A stretch of 64,000 nt of DNA from Thainema sp. (GTDB lineage Bacteria; Cyanobacteriota; Cyanobacteriia; Phormidesmidales; Phormidesmidaceae): assembly GCA_052168235.1 (NCBI GenBank), contig JBQLZK010000006.1:104837-168836 (forward strand). The letters run 5' to 3'. The notes under the pieces were generated by a model. That model had not been told where the DNA came from. It saw only the letters and a list, made by a program, of their open reading frames with translations, and ran no database searches. Shown here one piece after another: positions 30,252 through 40,847 of the stretch (position 1 is its first letter; every line of letters begins with the position of its first letter). Position numbers and translations under genes: made by a program.

Positions 30252-32651
30252 TTACCGTGTGAGGGCAATTTGCTGCGCGGTTGATTGAATTGTCGGTAGG
30301 GGCACTTCTGCAAAGTAGCGCTGCTGAAACTGATCTTCTGCGATCGCAGCTAAAAATATCTGTAAGGTATCCTCAAATTGCTGAGTCGCCCAAATTTCAG
30401 CAGTGGAGGGTGTCTGTTCAATTTGGATCTGATCGTCCTGTTCACTCACTTGAAAGCCAGCTACAGCTAAGGTATCTAAGCCAAGCTGCAGAGTGCGATC
30501 GCAGATTTGAAACCGCTGTTTCAGTTGCGATCGCAAAATGGGCTGCTGAGTGCGACTTAAATATTTGACAATACCGACGAGCTGTTGCCAGATCTGATTC
30601 GGTGGGATCAAGTTGGGTGGCGCATAGGCCATCGCCAGCGTTTGCTGAGATTTGGCAGCCTTTTGAACCCAAGGCATCAGGTCGTCCCAACTGCTGGGAC
30701 AGTCGGTGATCACAATTGATGGATCAGCAGAATGAGATAGTGGGGAACTGGTTAAGGGCACGGTCTGCTCGATCGTTTGTCTGCCATTTCGCTGATCGAC
30801 GATCCAATTAAATTCTAAGGATGAAGTCGGTGTGTGGCTGGTACGGCTGGGTTGAACATCGATCAGGCGAATTTCGTATTTCTTGCTGTAGGCATTGAAG
30901 TCGAGTTCTGCGATCGCATCACAGCGGCCTGGGGGCAAATCATCTTGATAGTGATCCCACCAAATACCCGGAAAACCCACAGTACTGGAATCGTCATAAA
31001 GGGTGAATCTGGTTTTGAGATACTCTAGTTTTTGCCCCCGCAGGTCTTTGATCTTGGTGTTTCCTTCTCCTGCAAACCAGCAGTTTGTGATCAGGAGTCG
31101 AGGAACCGGATTGCCCATGCCATAGGGTTCCAGCAGCTTTAACTCGCGAAACAGATCTTTACCAAGTTCCGCAACCGTGACCTGTAAATCCGCTTGCAGC
31201 ACGGGTACAGTCCTCACCTTAAACTGCTCAGGATGATGACGCAGCTGTTGGTTAATGCTGTCGGCAAACAGGGGGACGTTGTTGACGGGTAGCGACAGAC
31301 CTGCGGCGAAGGGATGGCCGCCAAAGCGAGTCAGTAAATGCTCTTGCCCCTTCACCAGTTCGTATAGATCGATGCCGTTGACCGATCGAGCTGAACCCCA
31401 GGCCATACGAGGTGTTGACAGTGCAGATTCTTCCACCGAGTTATCCGGTGCCAGGGCCTCTTGATTCAGCAAAATCGCTGGCTTCCCCGTTGTCTGAGCG
31501 ACTTGCCCTGCCGCTAAGCCGAGGATGCCAACCGGCCACTGTTCTCCCACCAGTACAACAACTTCAGTCGTAGACAAATCAATCTGAGCCAGCTGCTGCT
31601 CTACCTGGCGCATAACAGTACGCTGCAGTTCTTTGCGGCGTGCGTTGGCCAACTCAGTCTCTTCTGCCAGTTGCCGACAGCGCTGTGAGTCTTGACTGGT
31701 CAGTAACTCAACACAGAACCGGGCATCGCCATGCACGCGGCTGACAGCGTTAATTCGTGGCCCTAGGCCAAACGAAATGTCAGTCGGGCGATCCCCATTG
31801 CGCTTGCAGAGTTCTAGGAGCCGCGCTACACCGGGTCGGCGGGCTTGGCCAGTGAGGTTGCGCTGGAGCTGCTCAATGCCCAACTGCGCCAAATAGCGGC
31901 AGTCTCCTCGCAGCTCTACCAAATCAGCAATCAGGCCAATCGCTACCAGATCTAGCAAATCGGCTAGCGGACGCTGGGGAATCTCTGGTGCTTTTAGGTA
32001 GAGGGCTTCAACTAGCTTGTAGGCTACGGCAACACCCGATAGGGAGGCTAACGGATGCAGCGGCAGAAAGGAACGGGGATTCAAAATTGCTGTCACAGGT
32101 GGGCGCTGTTCCGGCAGCGTGTGATGATCGGTGACGATCACATCCATGCCCAGTGCGATCGCATATTCAATTTCCGCCTGATTGGTGCTACCCGTGTCGC
32201 AGGTGACAATCACATGGCAGTTTTGCTGGGCCAGTTGCTCAATTCCTAAGCGGGATAAACCGTGAGATTCGGTAAAGCGATTGGGAATGTAATAAATTAG
32301 CCGCTGATGCTGTGGGAAAAACTCACCCAGTCCATCCCATAGAACTGAAGTTGCCGTGACGCCATCAGCATCAAAATCGCCCCAAATCGCGACTCGCTCC
32401 TGATTCTCAAGTGCTTGTATTAGTCGCTGAACCGCCCAGCGCATTTCATCGCCAAATTCCCACGGGCTGGTGGGTTGATATTGAGCCGGATCGAGAAAAC
32501 CGACAAGGTAAGTGCGATCGCGGATTCCTCGCTGCCATAGTAGCTGAGCAGTGTAGCGCCCCGCATCTGGATGAATCTGCTGAACGGTATCAATCCAGCC
32601 GCTTGGATAATCGGGGACGGAATAAACTTGCCACTGAAACGATGAACTCAT
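30252..32651 (-). CDS. recJ: Single-stranded-DNA-specific exonuclease RecJ
   Basis: GDFDADG, VTCDTG, TDHH, GSARS, GGHPFAAG. Confidence 0.93.
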   Translation of the reverse strand: MSSSFQWQVYSVPDYPSGWIDTVQQIHPDAGRYTAQLLWQRGIRDRTYLVGFLDPAQYQPTSPWEFGDEMRWAVQRLIQALENQERVAIWGDFDADGVTATSVLWDGLGEFFPQHQRLIYYIPNRFTESHGLSRLGIEQLAQQNCHVIVTCDTGSTNQAEIEYAIALGMDVIVTDHHTLPEQRPPVTAILNPRSFLPLHPLASLSGVAVAYKLVEALYLKAPEIPQRPLADLLDLVAIGLIADLVELRGDCRYLAQLGIEQLQRNLTGQARRPGVARLLELCKRNGDRPTDISFGLGPRINAVSRVHGDARFCVELLTSQDSQRCRQLAEETELANARRKELQRTVMRQVEQQLAQIDLSTTEVVVLVGEQWPVGILGLAAGQVAQTTGKPAILLNQEALAPDNSVEESALSTPRMAWGSARSVNGIDLYELVKGQEHLLTRFGGHPFAAGLSLPVNNVPLFADSINQQLRHHPEQFKVRTVPVLQADLQVTVAELGKDLFRELKLLEPYGMGNPVPRLLITNCWFAGEGNTKIKDLRGQKLEYLKTRFTLYDDSSTVGFPGIWWDHYQDDLPPGRCDAIAELDFNAYSKKYEIRLIDVQPSRTSHTPTSSLEFNWIVDQRNGRQTIEQTVPLTSSPLSHSADPSIVITDCPSSWDDLMPWVQKAAKSQQTLAMAYAPPNLIPPNQIWQQLVGIVKYLSRTQQPILRSQLKQRFQICDRTLQLGLDTLAVAGFQVSEQDDQIQIEQTPSTAEIWATQQFEDTLQIFLAAIAEDQFQQRYFAEVPLPTIQSTAQQIALTR

Positions 32652-32791
32652 ATGCGATCGCTACCGCGCCTTGAAGGGTTCAACTTCTATCTTGCCCCAA
32701 ACTCATAAATAGCGATTGAGCCTGCGTAGATACGCAAGCTCAATCGTTTTACTCTAAATTACTCAACTCTAGGTTGCTCACAGCCGTATGT

Positions 32792-33745
32792 CTAAAGCAT
32801 GACCGTGTCGCCCGTTACATCCAATCGTTTGAAGTTACTCAATACCATATACTGCTCAGCCAGCGCCTCAGATGCTTCGGGAGAGATCCAGCCCATTTGA
32901 CGCAGCAGGTGCAGCGCTACTGCATGTTTGGCTCGCTTGGAACCGTCTAGCACCTTGATTGCAAGTCCTAACCCTTGACCTACTTTGCCAATGCACTGAA
33001 TTCCTTCTGCACCTGCTTTACTAACCAGCTCTCCTTCACTCTTGCGCATGAGTTCCGTGTCAAATTCCCTTTCTCCCGAAATCATCTCCGGATGATGGGT
33101 CATGGCCCGAATAATCCGCTCCATTTCCAAACTCGTGCCAGAAGACAACTGGGCATATAGCGTCGCCATTTGGCCTAGCTGCATGAAATACGTTGGCGCA
33201 CCACAGTCATCATGAGCACAGATAAACTCATCCGCTGGCATCTTCAGCAAATCTGAAATCCGCGACAGAATAAGCTGCTGCACCGGATGGTTGCGATCCA
33301 AATAGGAATTCAGGGGCCAGCCCTGCATTTGACAGACCGCTAGCATGCCCGCGTGTTTACCAGAGCAGTTGTGCTGGAGGGGGCTTCGCTTATCTGGCGG
33401 AATGGGGCACTGTAGTTCCGATGCATCGACATTAGCCCGCCACAGAACATGAAACGCCTGTCGCGCCTGCTCAATGTGTCCTCGATGAGAGCTACACATA
33501 ATCGCCAAATCGCGATCGGAGAGCTGAAACCGCTCTAGCGCTCCGGTAGACGCGACGGCCAATGCTTGAAATGGCTTCAGCGCTGAGCGAATAAATGTGC
33601 CCGTTTCTGGATTACCTGCCACTGACAGCACCCGGCCTCGGTCGTCACAGACAACCGCTTCGACATGATGAACCGATTCAACAATGCCTTCTCGTAATAG
33701 TTGTACTTGCAGATCGTGGGTCTGCGTCCGTTTTCCCCTTGTCAT
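32792..33745 (-). CDS. Asparaginase II family protein
   Basis: RSALKPFQ, HNCSGKHAG, DDCGAP, SKAGAEG. Confidence 0.9.
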   Translation of the reverse strand: MTRGKRTQTHDLQVQLLREGIVESVHHVEAVVCDDRGRVLSVAGNPETGTFIRSALKPFQALAVASTGALERFQLSDRDLAIMCSSHRGHIEQARQAFHVLWRANVDASELQCPIPPDKRSPLQHNCSGKHAGMLAVCQMQGWPLNSYLDRNHPVQQLILSRISDLLKMPADEFICAHDDCGAPTYFMQLGQMATLYAQLSSGTSLEMERIIRAMTHHPEMISGEREFDTELMRKSEGELVSKAGAEGIQCIGKVGQGLGLAIKVLDGSKRAKHAVALHLLRQMGWISPEASEALAEQYMVLSNFKRLDVTGDTVML

Positions 33746-33833
33746 GGCTAAGACTCTGACATACTGCGATTTGATCTGCAATAACTTGTTCTAAAATCGT
33801 TGGCAATTGTAAGCCTAGTGCCCCCGTTCCGGC

Positions 33834-34343
33834 TTAAATGCAGCTCCAAATTGCAATACTCGCTAACCAAAAGGCAGCGACTCCCCCGAATGTGCGGCGC
33901 AAACGCTGAAAAATGGGCTCAATTTCGTAACTGACAATTAAGCGATCGCGGGTTAAAACTTCTTTCGGTTTGACCCAGGTTTGCCCATCGTACCAGCCTG
34001 ACTCTTCATAGGGAATGACATCCTGAAACAAGCGGCTGCGGACATAGCGCCAGCCCAAATAGAGCTGCACCAGCGCCAGGCTCGGTAAAAATGAGGCTCC
34101 GGTCAATGTACTGAGGCTGAAGTGAATTGGTAGTTTTTCCCATGGAAAACTAACGGTTGCAATGGGAGCCGTGATAATACAGCCGATGAACCACAGAATG
34201 ACAATAGGCTTAATGTAGCCGCTCACATTCCGAGTAGCCCATCCATAAAACCAAGACTCTTTCAAACCTTGATATTCATTGACGGGCTGCTGCTCGAATG
34301 GCACCGGGCAAACAGAGATAGGCGACTTCATAATATTAGACAA
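33834..34343 (-). CDS. CGLD27/Ycf36 family membrane protein
   Basis: CPVP.EQQPVNEY, YEESGWYDGQTWVKP. Confidence 0.9.
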   Translation of the reverse strand: MSNIMKSPISVCPVPFEQQPVNEYQGLKESWFYGWATRNVSGYIKPIVILWFIGCIITAPIATVSFPWEKLPIHFSLSTLTGASFLPSLALVQLYLGWRYVRSRLFQDVIPYEESGWYDGQTWVKPKEVLTRDRLIVSYEIEPIFQRLRRTFGGVAAFWLASIAIWSCI

Positions 34344-34426
34344 GGCGACTCATCCCATAAAGCAGTTTGATCTTAAAGCAAGCCACTGTTGTTTTAGTGT
34401 AGCGAGAGAAGCGAACAGTAGGATGG

Positions 34427-36217
34427 TTATTCTTGAGTCTCACTCGAATCTGTACCGTCCGTACCGTTAAAGTAAGCTTCTAAAACTTGCTTCACCATTG
34501 GTCCTGCAACGGAGCCGCCCCCACCTCCAGAATGTTCACCAAAGGCTACAACAACAATTTCAGGATCATCCGTTGGCCCGTAGCCCCCAAACCAGGTATG
34601 ACTTTCATTCGGTGGCGCTTCTGCTGTACCGCTTTTACCAGAGACGGGTGGTAACGTTGATGAGTTGAGCACGGTACCCGTACCGCCCGTGACAACGCGG
34701 CGCAATCCCTGCTCCAGAATACGGATCGTTTCTGGACTCATGTTGAGGGATTCGCGCCAATCGTCCGCCACCTCATCCGTTTTCATAAAGTGGGGCGTTA
34801 CTTTGTAGCCACCATTGGCCGCTACTGCGAACATCACGGCAACCTGCAGCGGCGTTGATTGTAAATAGCCTTGGCCAATGGACATGTTAATGGTGTCGCC
34901 CAAGTACCAACCTTCACCGATATTCTCCTGCTTCCACGCTTCATCGGGTACCAGTCCAGCCGATTCTTCACTCGCAAGTTCAACTCCAGTTTTGGAGCCA
35001 AAGCCGTAACGGCGCGTCCACTGAATGAGCGGCTGTTCTCCCATACGGCGGGCAACCTGGTAAAAGAAGGTATCACTACTCCAGGCCATTGCCCCAGGAA
35101 ATCCAAGCGGGCCAAATCCAGCATTATTCCAGTCCCAGAATTGAATGCCGCCAGCGGTAATGTAGGGATAGGTGGGCAACACTGTAGATGGAGAAAAGCT
35201 ACCTGATTCAATGGCTGCTGTCGTGGTGATGATTTTGTAGGTACTGGCAGGTGGGTATGCCTGTAGTGCACGATTAACAAAAGGAAATTCGGCACTTTGG
35301 AGCTGTGCCCACTGCTCATCTGTGATGTAGGTCGAGAACAGATTGGGATCAAATGTGGGACGGCTCACCATTGCCAAGATACCGCCCGTATTAGGATCCA
35401 TTGCGACGATAGCCCCGATGCGGTTGCCTAGAGCCTTTTCAGCCGCTCGCTGTAGTTTGAGATCGATGGTCAGCTGTACATCGTTGCCGGATTGAGAGGG
35501 CTTTTCACCAATGATTCGAATCACCTGACCCGCACCATCGACTTCAACTTGACGTCCGCCCCACTCGCCACGCAACTGTGGCTCGAAGGCAGACTCGATT
35601 CCCATTTGGCCAACAACGTCTCCTAGCCGATAACCTTGGTCTTCTAGCTTAATCAGTTCTTCATCGGTGAGTTCACCTGTGTAGCCTAAGACGTGGGCTG
35701 CCGTGTCGCCATAGGGATAGTTGCGCACTGCTTCCGCTTCAACTCCGACACCAGGCAGTTCACGACTAAATTCTGCGATCGCAGTTGCTTGTGCTGGACT
35801 GATTCCTCGGGCAATCGGCACGAGCGATGGCGAAGTATAACCAGCCTGTTCCAGCTTGTCCCGAATTTCATCCTCCGGGATTTCTAAAATTTTGGAAAGT
35901 CGTGCCACAATAATCGGCCATTCTTCCTCTTTTCGCTCAACTGGCCACAAGAACACCGCATAGGACAGTCGGCTACCCGCCAGGATCTCGCCATTTCGAT
36001 CCATAATTTTGCCCCGCTCTGGCCGACGTGGCATCAAACGGATGCGATTTTCCTCCGCTAGTTCCCGATTTCGCTGTCCTTCCACAAGTTGTAGATAGAA
36101 CAAACGGGTGCCCATGCCAAGGAATAGAGCTAGACTCACCAGCAACATGACAATGACAGACTGATAAGGTCGTCCAACTGTCTTGGTTGATTTTGCATCA
36201 AAGGAGGAAGAAGCCAT
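34427..36217 (-). CDS. mrdA: Penicillin-binding protein 2
   Basis: N-terminal TM, RG.I.DRNG, SxxK (STYK), SSD, KSGT. Confidence 0.93.
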   Translation of the reverse strand: MASSSFDAKSTKTVGRPYQSVIVMLLVSLALFLGMGTRLFYLQLVEGQRNRELAEENRIRLMPRRPERGKIMDRNGEILAGSRLSYAVFLWPVERKEEEWPIIVARLSKILEIPEDEIRDKLEQAGYTSPSLVPIARGISPAQATAIAEFSRELPGVGVEAEAVRNYPYGDTAAHVLGYTGELTDEELIKLEDQGYRLGDVVGQMGIESAFEPQLRGEWGGRQVEVDGAGQVIRIIGEKPSQSGNDVQLTIDLKLQRAAEKALGNRIGAIVAMDPNTGGILAMVSRPTFDPNLFSTYITDEQWAQLQSAEFPFVNRALQAYPPASTYKIITTTAAIESGSFSPSTVLPTYPYITAGGIQFWDWNNAGFGPLGFPGAMAWSSDTFFYQVARRMGEQPLIQWTRRYGFGSKTGVELASEESAGLVPDEAWKQENIGEGWYLGDTINMSIGQGYLQSTPLQVAVMFAVAANGGYKVTPHFMKTDEVADDWRESLNMSPETIRILEQGLRRVVTGGTGTVLNSSTLPPVSGKSGTAEAPPNESHTWFGGYGPTDDPEIVVVAFGEHSGGGGGSVAGPMVKQVLEAYFNGTDGTDSSETQE

Positions 36218-36446
36218 AGATTTGTCGTACAGCTAGCTGAGTATCCGGTTATTGTGTAGCCGGGGACTTAAAGTGGATGATGAAACGGATCTGTTACAGA
36301 CACCGTTACAGAACTGTTACATAATTATTCCGTCTTTTGTAACAGCAACGAAACATTCTTTCTAGAATAGCGTTCCATCTGGAATTCTGGGGGAGCCATC
36401 CTGTCTAGACCGAATATCTAGCAATCTGCTTGCAGCAGAACCTCCA

Positions 36447-36545
36447 TATAGCCTTTTCTGGGCTAATAGGGGAGTTATTTTTGGGAAGCCGTGCGGAGCA
36501 CGGCTTCCCAAAAATAACTCCCCTATTAGCGCAAGAATCGCTATA
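36447..36545. repeat. Long palindromic element (33-bp perfect arms 36462-36494/36498-36530, GGA loop; TATAGC...GCTATA ends)
   Basis: GCTAATAGGGGAGTTATTTTTGGGAAGCCGTGC-gga-GCACGGCTTCCCAAAAATAACTCCCCTATTAGC. Confidence 0.92.
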
Positions 36546-36936
36546 TACCTATTCGTATTCGTAACCTATGCATCCGTAGGCTGCGTCTCTTACCAAGACG
36601 CAAATAAAACGCAAATTAGTTTTACCCATAGAGCAAAGTGGGTATTCTAAAATCACTAAACTATCCTGACTATCTTTTAGATGACGGTAATTAAGCTCAA
36701 ATAGTTCTGACGGGTTGGGTCATGTCCGCTCGACTAAAGGCCACAATTTTCAGTGATTTCTTGCGATCTATTGCATCATTTGAGCAACCCCTGTAAAAAT
36801 CAATAAAAATCTGCCTTAAGGAGCTAATTATGCAGACCGAGCAATAAGTACTGCTCTGGTTATGCATAAATCATACTGTTAAGTCGTCGCGCGGATTGGA
36901 GTCATCCAACCGAGCACTATCGCACCTACCCCAACT

Positions 36937-38076
36937 ATGTCCCAAACTGCCGCGCTTCATTCATCACTTGAACAAACCCACGATCGTCTTGATGTCCAGC
37001 TACGTCAGGTATCGAAGGTTTTCAATGGTGAGTATGCCGTCGAATCCATTGACCTGGATATTCGCAAAGGTGAATTTTTCAGTATTCTCGGCCCATCCGG
37101 CTGTGGTAAGACCACGACCCTGCGCCTGATTGCTGGATTTGAAGATCCCTCAAGTGGAAACTTGATGATTCAGGGACAGGCGATGAATCGGGTGCCAGCC
37201 TATCGGCGTCCGGTCAACACTGTGTTTCAAAGCTATGCCCTGTTTAACCACATGACGGTATGGGATAACGTAGCCTTTGGCTTGCGGATTAAGGGACAGA
37301 CTCGCTCAGAAATCCGAGAACGAGTTGGAGAAGCGCTCCAGCTTGTGAAAATGGATTCTTTTGCTCGACGGTATCCTCGCAATCTATCCGGTGGTCAGCA
37401 GCAGCGGGTGGCCTTAGCGCGGGCACTGGTGAATCGACCTGCGGTTGTGTTGTTGGATGAGCCGTTGGGAGCTTTAGACTTAAAGCTGCGCAAGGAAATG
37501 CAGGTCGAATTGTCCAACCTACATCAGCAGCTTGGCGTCACGTTTGTGATGGTGACGCACGATCAGGAAGAAGCACTCTGTTTGTCCGATCGCATTGCCG
37601 TGATGCATAACGGTCACATTGAGCAAATTGGCACGCCGAGCGAAATTTACGACTATCCCAAGACGCCGTTCGTAGCTGACTTTATTGGGGATACTAACCT
37701 GATGAGCGGTGAGGTAGCCCATACCGATGCCGCCATGCTCAAAGTCAAAACTCAAACTGGCTTGGATGTGATGGTGAAACTACTTGGGCAGGGAATCACC
37801 TTGGGCACAACTGAGTCAGTGGTGGTCAGCGTCCGACCCGAAAAGATTCAGCTCAGCCTAGATCCGCCAGCTCATCAGATGGATAACTGCTTTGAAGGAC
37901 AGTTGAAGCATGTGATGTACCTGGGGACTCACATGCACTGTTTGGTACAGCTCGCATCGGGCGATCATATTACGGTGCTGCAGCCGAATAAGGTGGGGGC
38001 ACTTCTAGAAACTCATCGGTCTGTCTATGCCTACTGGGATGCGGCAGACTGTCGCGCCCTTAGCTCTTCGGCGTAG
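36937..38076 (+). CDS. potA: Polyamine ABC transporter ATP-binding protein
   Basis: GPSGCGKT, VNTVFQSYALF, LSGGQQQR, TOBE-like C-terminus. Confidence 0.92.
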   Translation: MSQTAALHSSLEQTHDRLDVQLRQVSKVFNGEYAVESIDLDIRKGEFFSILGPSGCGKTTTLRLIAGFEDPSSGNLMIQGQAMNRVPAYRRPVNTVFQSYALFNHMTVWDNVAFGLRIKGQTRSEIRERVGEALQLVKMDSFARRYPRNLSGGQQQRVALARALVNRPAVVLLDEPLGALDLKLRKEMQVELSNLHQQLGVTFVMVTHDQEEALCLSDRIAVMHNGHIEQIGTPSEIYDYPKTPFVADFIGDTNLMSGEVAHTDAAMLKVKTQTGLDVMVKLLGQGITLGTTESVVVSVRPEKIQLSLDPPAHQMDNCFEGQLKHVMYLGTHMHCLVQLASGDHITVLQPNKVGALLETHRSVYAYWDAADCRALSSSA

Positions 38077-38436
38077 TACTTGGTCGTTATCTACTCGCTA
38101 TGCATTAGTAGAGCTGAGCATTAGTGCATAATTAGATTTGAAAACCAAATCTTGTCCTCGGATTGGGCTGAATTGTATAAAAAACGTGTCGAGTTGGCAA
38201 ATCACCCCGGTAGACTATACAGAAATTTGTTGCTTTCTAGGTGCTGCATGGCTGGTGTGCCGCAGTTTTGTGAGGAGTTGCGGAGTTTTTTGCAACTTGG
38301 TGACCTAGTATTGGCTTTAGCTTTTGTTGATCAACAAGCTGACCTAATAGGCTAATCGGTGATTTGCCCCTAATTGATCCAACCCGCGATCGCATATTGT
38401 CAAAGCACTGTCCTATAAAGATTCCGGGAGGAAATA

Positions 38437-39612
38437 GTGCGTTCAAACTATCCCCAAAAACAGTTCTATGGTGGTCAGGCTCGTCGCTTTGCCTCCACGC
38501 GACGGCATTTTTTACAGGGTTCAGCAGCGGCTTTGACAGCCGTGCTGCTGTCCAATTGCCAACGCGGAGTTTCGGATGTGCAGTCGGGAGATACTGAATC
38601 AGACGCAACCGCAGCCAATGGTTCGGCTGGTGGCGATGCAGAAACGCTGCATGTCTATACCTGGGCAGACTATACCGATGATGAATTGGCCAAACGCTTT
38701 ACTGAGGCTACCGGCTATCCCGTTGTCATCGATATCTATGATTCCAACGAGACGATGCTGGCCAAGATGCTAGCTGGCGGCGGCAATGCCTACAGCATTA
38801 TCTATCCGTCTGACTACACCGTTGAAATTATGCGGGATGAGCATGACATGCTCACGGAGCTGGATAAGTCGCAAATCAAAGGCTTGGATCAGCTAAACGA
38901 GAAGTGGCAAAGTCCGGTTTATGACCCCAACAATACCCACAGCGTGCCAATTAGCTGGGGGACGACGGGTTTGCTCTACAACACCGAATTAGCGACTGGC
39001 GAACCAGAAGACTGGACGTATCTATGGGAAAACCAAGAGGCTTTATCCCGCCGGATGTCGCTGCTGGATGATGCGCGGGAAACAATGGGTGCGGTGCTGC
39101 GCTCTCTGGGCTATTCCTACAACTCGACCGATCCGGCTGAGATTGAGGAAGCCTATGAGCGGTTGAGAACATTGAAACCTGCGATCGCATCTTTCCAGTC
39201 CTTTGGTTATGAAGATCAGCTGATTGGTGGCGACCTGATTGTGGCGATGGCCTACTCGGTAGATGCGATCGCGGCGTCGCTGGAAAATCCGCAGTTGAAC
39301 TACATTGTGCCCAGCAGTGGCTCATCGGTCTGGACGGATACGATGGTGATTCCTAAGAATGCGCCGAATCCAGAGGCAGCCTATGCCTGGATCAACTTTA
39401 TGCTCCAGCCTGAGATTTCTGCTCTAGCGGTTGAGCGACTGACGTTTGCGACACCGCTCAAGCCTGCTTTTGAGCTGCTGCCAGAGGAATTGAAGCAGAA
39501 TAACAAGCTGTTCCCATCTGAAGAAGTACTGGCTAATTGTGAAGGCATCGCGCCCGTGGGCGATGCGGCTGAGCTGTACGATCAGTACTGGACAGAGATT
39601 ACGAGCGCCTAG
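38437..39612 (+). CDS. potD: Polyamine ABC transporter substrate-binding lipoprotein (Tat signal)
   Basis: TRRHFLQ...LSNC; YTWADY, YDSNETM, PSDY, WGTTG, WTD. Confidence 0.9.
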   Translation: MRSNYPQKQFYGGQARRFASTRRHFLQGSAAALTAVLLSNCQRGVSDVQSGDTESDATAANGSAGGDAETLHVYTWADYTDDELAKRFTEATGYPVVIDIYDSNETMLAKMLAGGGNAYSIIYPSDYTVEIMRDEHDMLTELDKSQIKGLDQLNEKWQSPVYDPNNTHSVPISWGTTGLLYNTELATGEPEDWTYLWENQEALSRRMSLLDDARETMGAVLRSLGYSYNSTDPAEIEEAYERLRTLKPAIASFQSFGYEDQLIGGDLIVAMAYSVDAIAASLENPQLNYIVPSSGSSVWTDTMVIPKNAPNPEAAYAWINFMLQPEISALAVERLTFATPLKPAFELLPEELKQNNKLFPSEEVLANCEGIAPVGDAAELYDQYWTEITSA

Positions 39613-39641
39613 GCAGATTGCTCTATATAATAGAGCGCTCT

Positions 39642-39710
39642 TAGGGGCAGGTTTAGCAGCATTCAATGCACGGCACTGAAGTCAGGATTGATTGCCAAAC
39701 CTGCCCTTAC
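39642..39710. repeat. REP-like inverted repeat element
   Basis: taggggcaggttt...aaacctgcccttac; same size class as 16505-16571. Confidence 0.65.
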
Positions 39711-39726
39711 GGGCGTGCTTGGTGAC

Positions 39727-39813
39727 GTGAGGAGTGGGCAGAAGGTGAGGAGTGAGGCGAGACGAGTGAGGCGTTTCCGGTCACTCAAAACTCAAAACTC
39801 AAAACTCAGCACT
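39727..39813. repeat. GTGAGG / ACTCAAA short tandem repeats (STRR-like)
   Basis: gtgaggagtg x3; actcaaa x3 plus actcagc. Confidence 0.7.
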
Positions 39814-39879
39814 AACCCCATCTGTCGTGCCAAATTGCAGAACTGATATAACTGCATCTTCCATTGCATAGGTGAATCT

Positions 39880-40797
39880 ATGGCCGTTTCAAGTTCTCCG
39901 CCGCCGAGTTCTCAAACCGAAAGCTGGTTTGCGATCGCAAAATATCGCTTATCAAAGCTAATTCAACCACTGGTGCTACTCGCTCCGGCGGGACTGTGGC
40001 TGTTTCTGCTGCTGGTGCTGCCCACGGTGCTGATTTTAGACATCAGCCTAGTGCCTGGTTTACGGCCTGGATTACCCACCAATGGCTACGGCATCGGCAA
40101 CTATCTGCAAATTTTGCAGCCCGTCTACATGCGGGTAATTGTGCGATCACTCTATTTTGCGGTTGGCACCACGCTGATTTGCCTGCTTTTGGGATTTCCA
40201 GTGGCCTACTGGATTGCAATCATGGCTCCCAAACGCTGGCAAAACCTGCTGCTAGTTGGCTTTATCCTGCCGCTCTGGACATCGTCGCTGCTGCGAGCCT
40301 ACGCCTGGATTAGCATTCTGCGACCGAGCGGCGTGTTGAATATGGTCTTGAGTACGCTTCATCTACCGACTCAGGATTTGCTAAACCGAGAAGCGGCAGT
40401 ATTCATCGGCATGACCTACAGCTTTTTGCCCTATATGGTGCTGATTCTGTACGCTTCGCTGGAGAAACTGGATCGTCGGCTGCTGGAAGCGGCGGCTGAT
40501 TTGGGCGCAACCCCAACTCAAACCTTTCGTAAGGTCACGATTCCGCAAACGCTACCGGGAATTGCGGCAGGCAGCTTGCTCGTTTTCATCACCAGCCTCA
40601 GTGATTTTGTCGTGCCGGAACTGCTGGGCGGTGCCTCCAGCATGACCATTTCGCGCCTGATCTACAACCAGTTTCTCGGCCAAACCCGCAACTGGGGCTT
40701 CGGCTCATCTCTGAGCATGGTGCTGATTTTTGCCGTTAGTATTGCGATCGCACTTCTACTTAAATACGGCAGTCGCGATCCCGAAGCTCTGTCATAG
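39880..40797 (+). CDS. potB: Polyamine ABC transporter permease
   Basis: LPLWTSSLLRAYAW, EAAADLGA (EAA loop). Confidence 0.9.
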   Translation: MAVSSSPPPSSQTESWFAIAKYRLSKLIQPLVLLAPAGLWLFLLLVLPTVLILDISLVPGLRPGLPTNGYGIGNYLQILQPVYMRVIVRSLYFAVGTTLICLLLGFPVAYWIAIMAPKRWQNLLLVGFILPLWTSSLLRAYAWISILRPSGVLNMVLSTLHLPTQDLLNREAAVFIGMTYSFLPYMVLILYASLEKLDRRLLEAAADLGATPTQTFRKVTIPQTLPGIAAGSLLVFITSLSDFVVPELLGGASSMTISRLIYNQFLGQTRNWGFGSSLSMVLIFAVSIAIALLLKYGSRDPEALS

Positions 40798-40847
40798 TGC
40801 AGGGTTATTTTATGTTTATCGAAAAATATCTAAAAGCACGACGTTAC

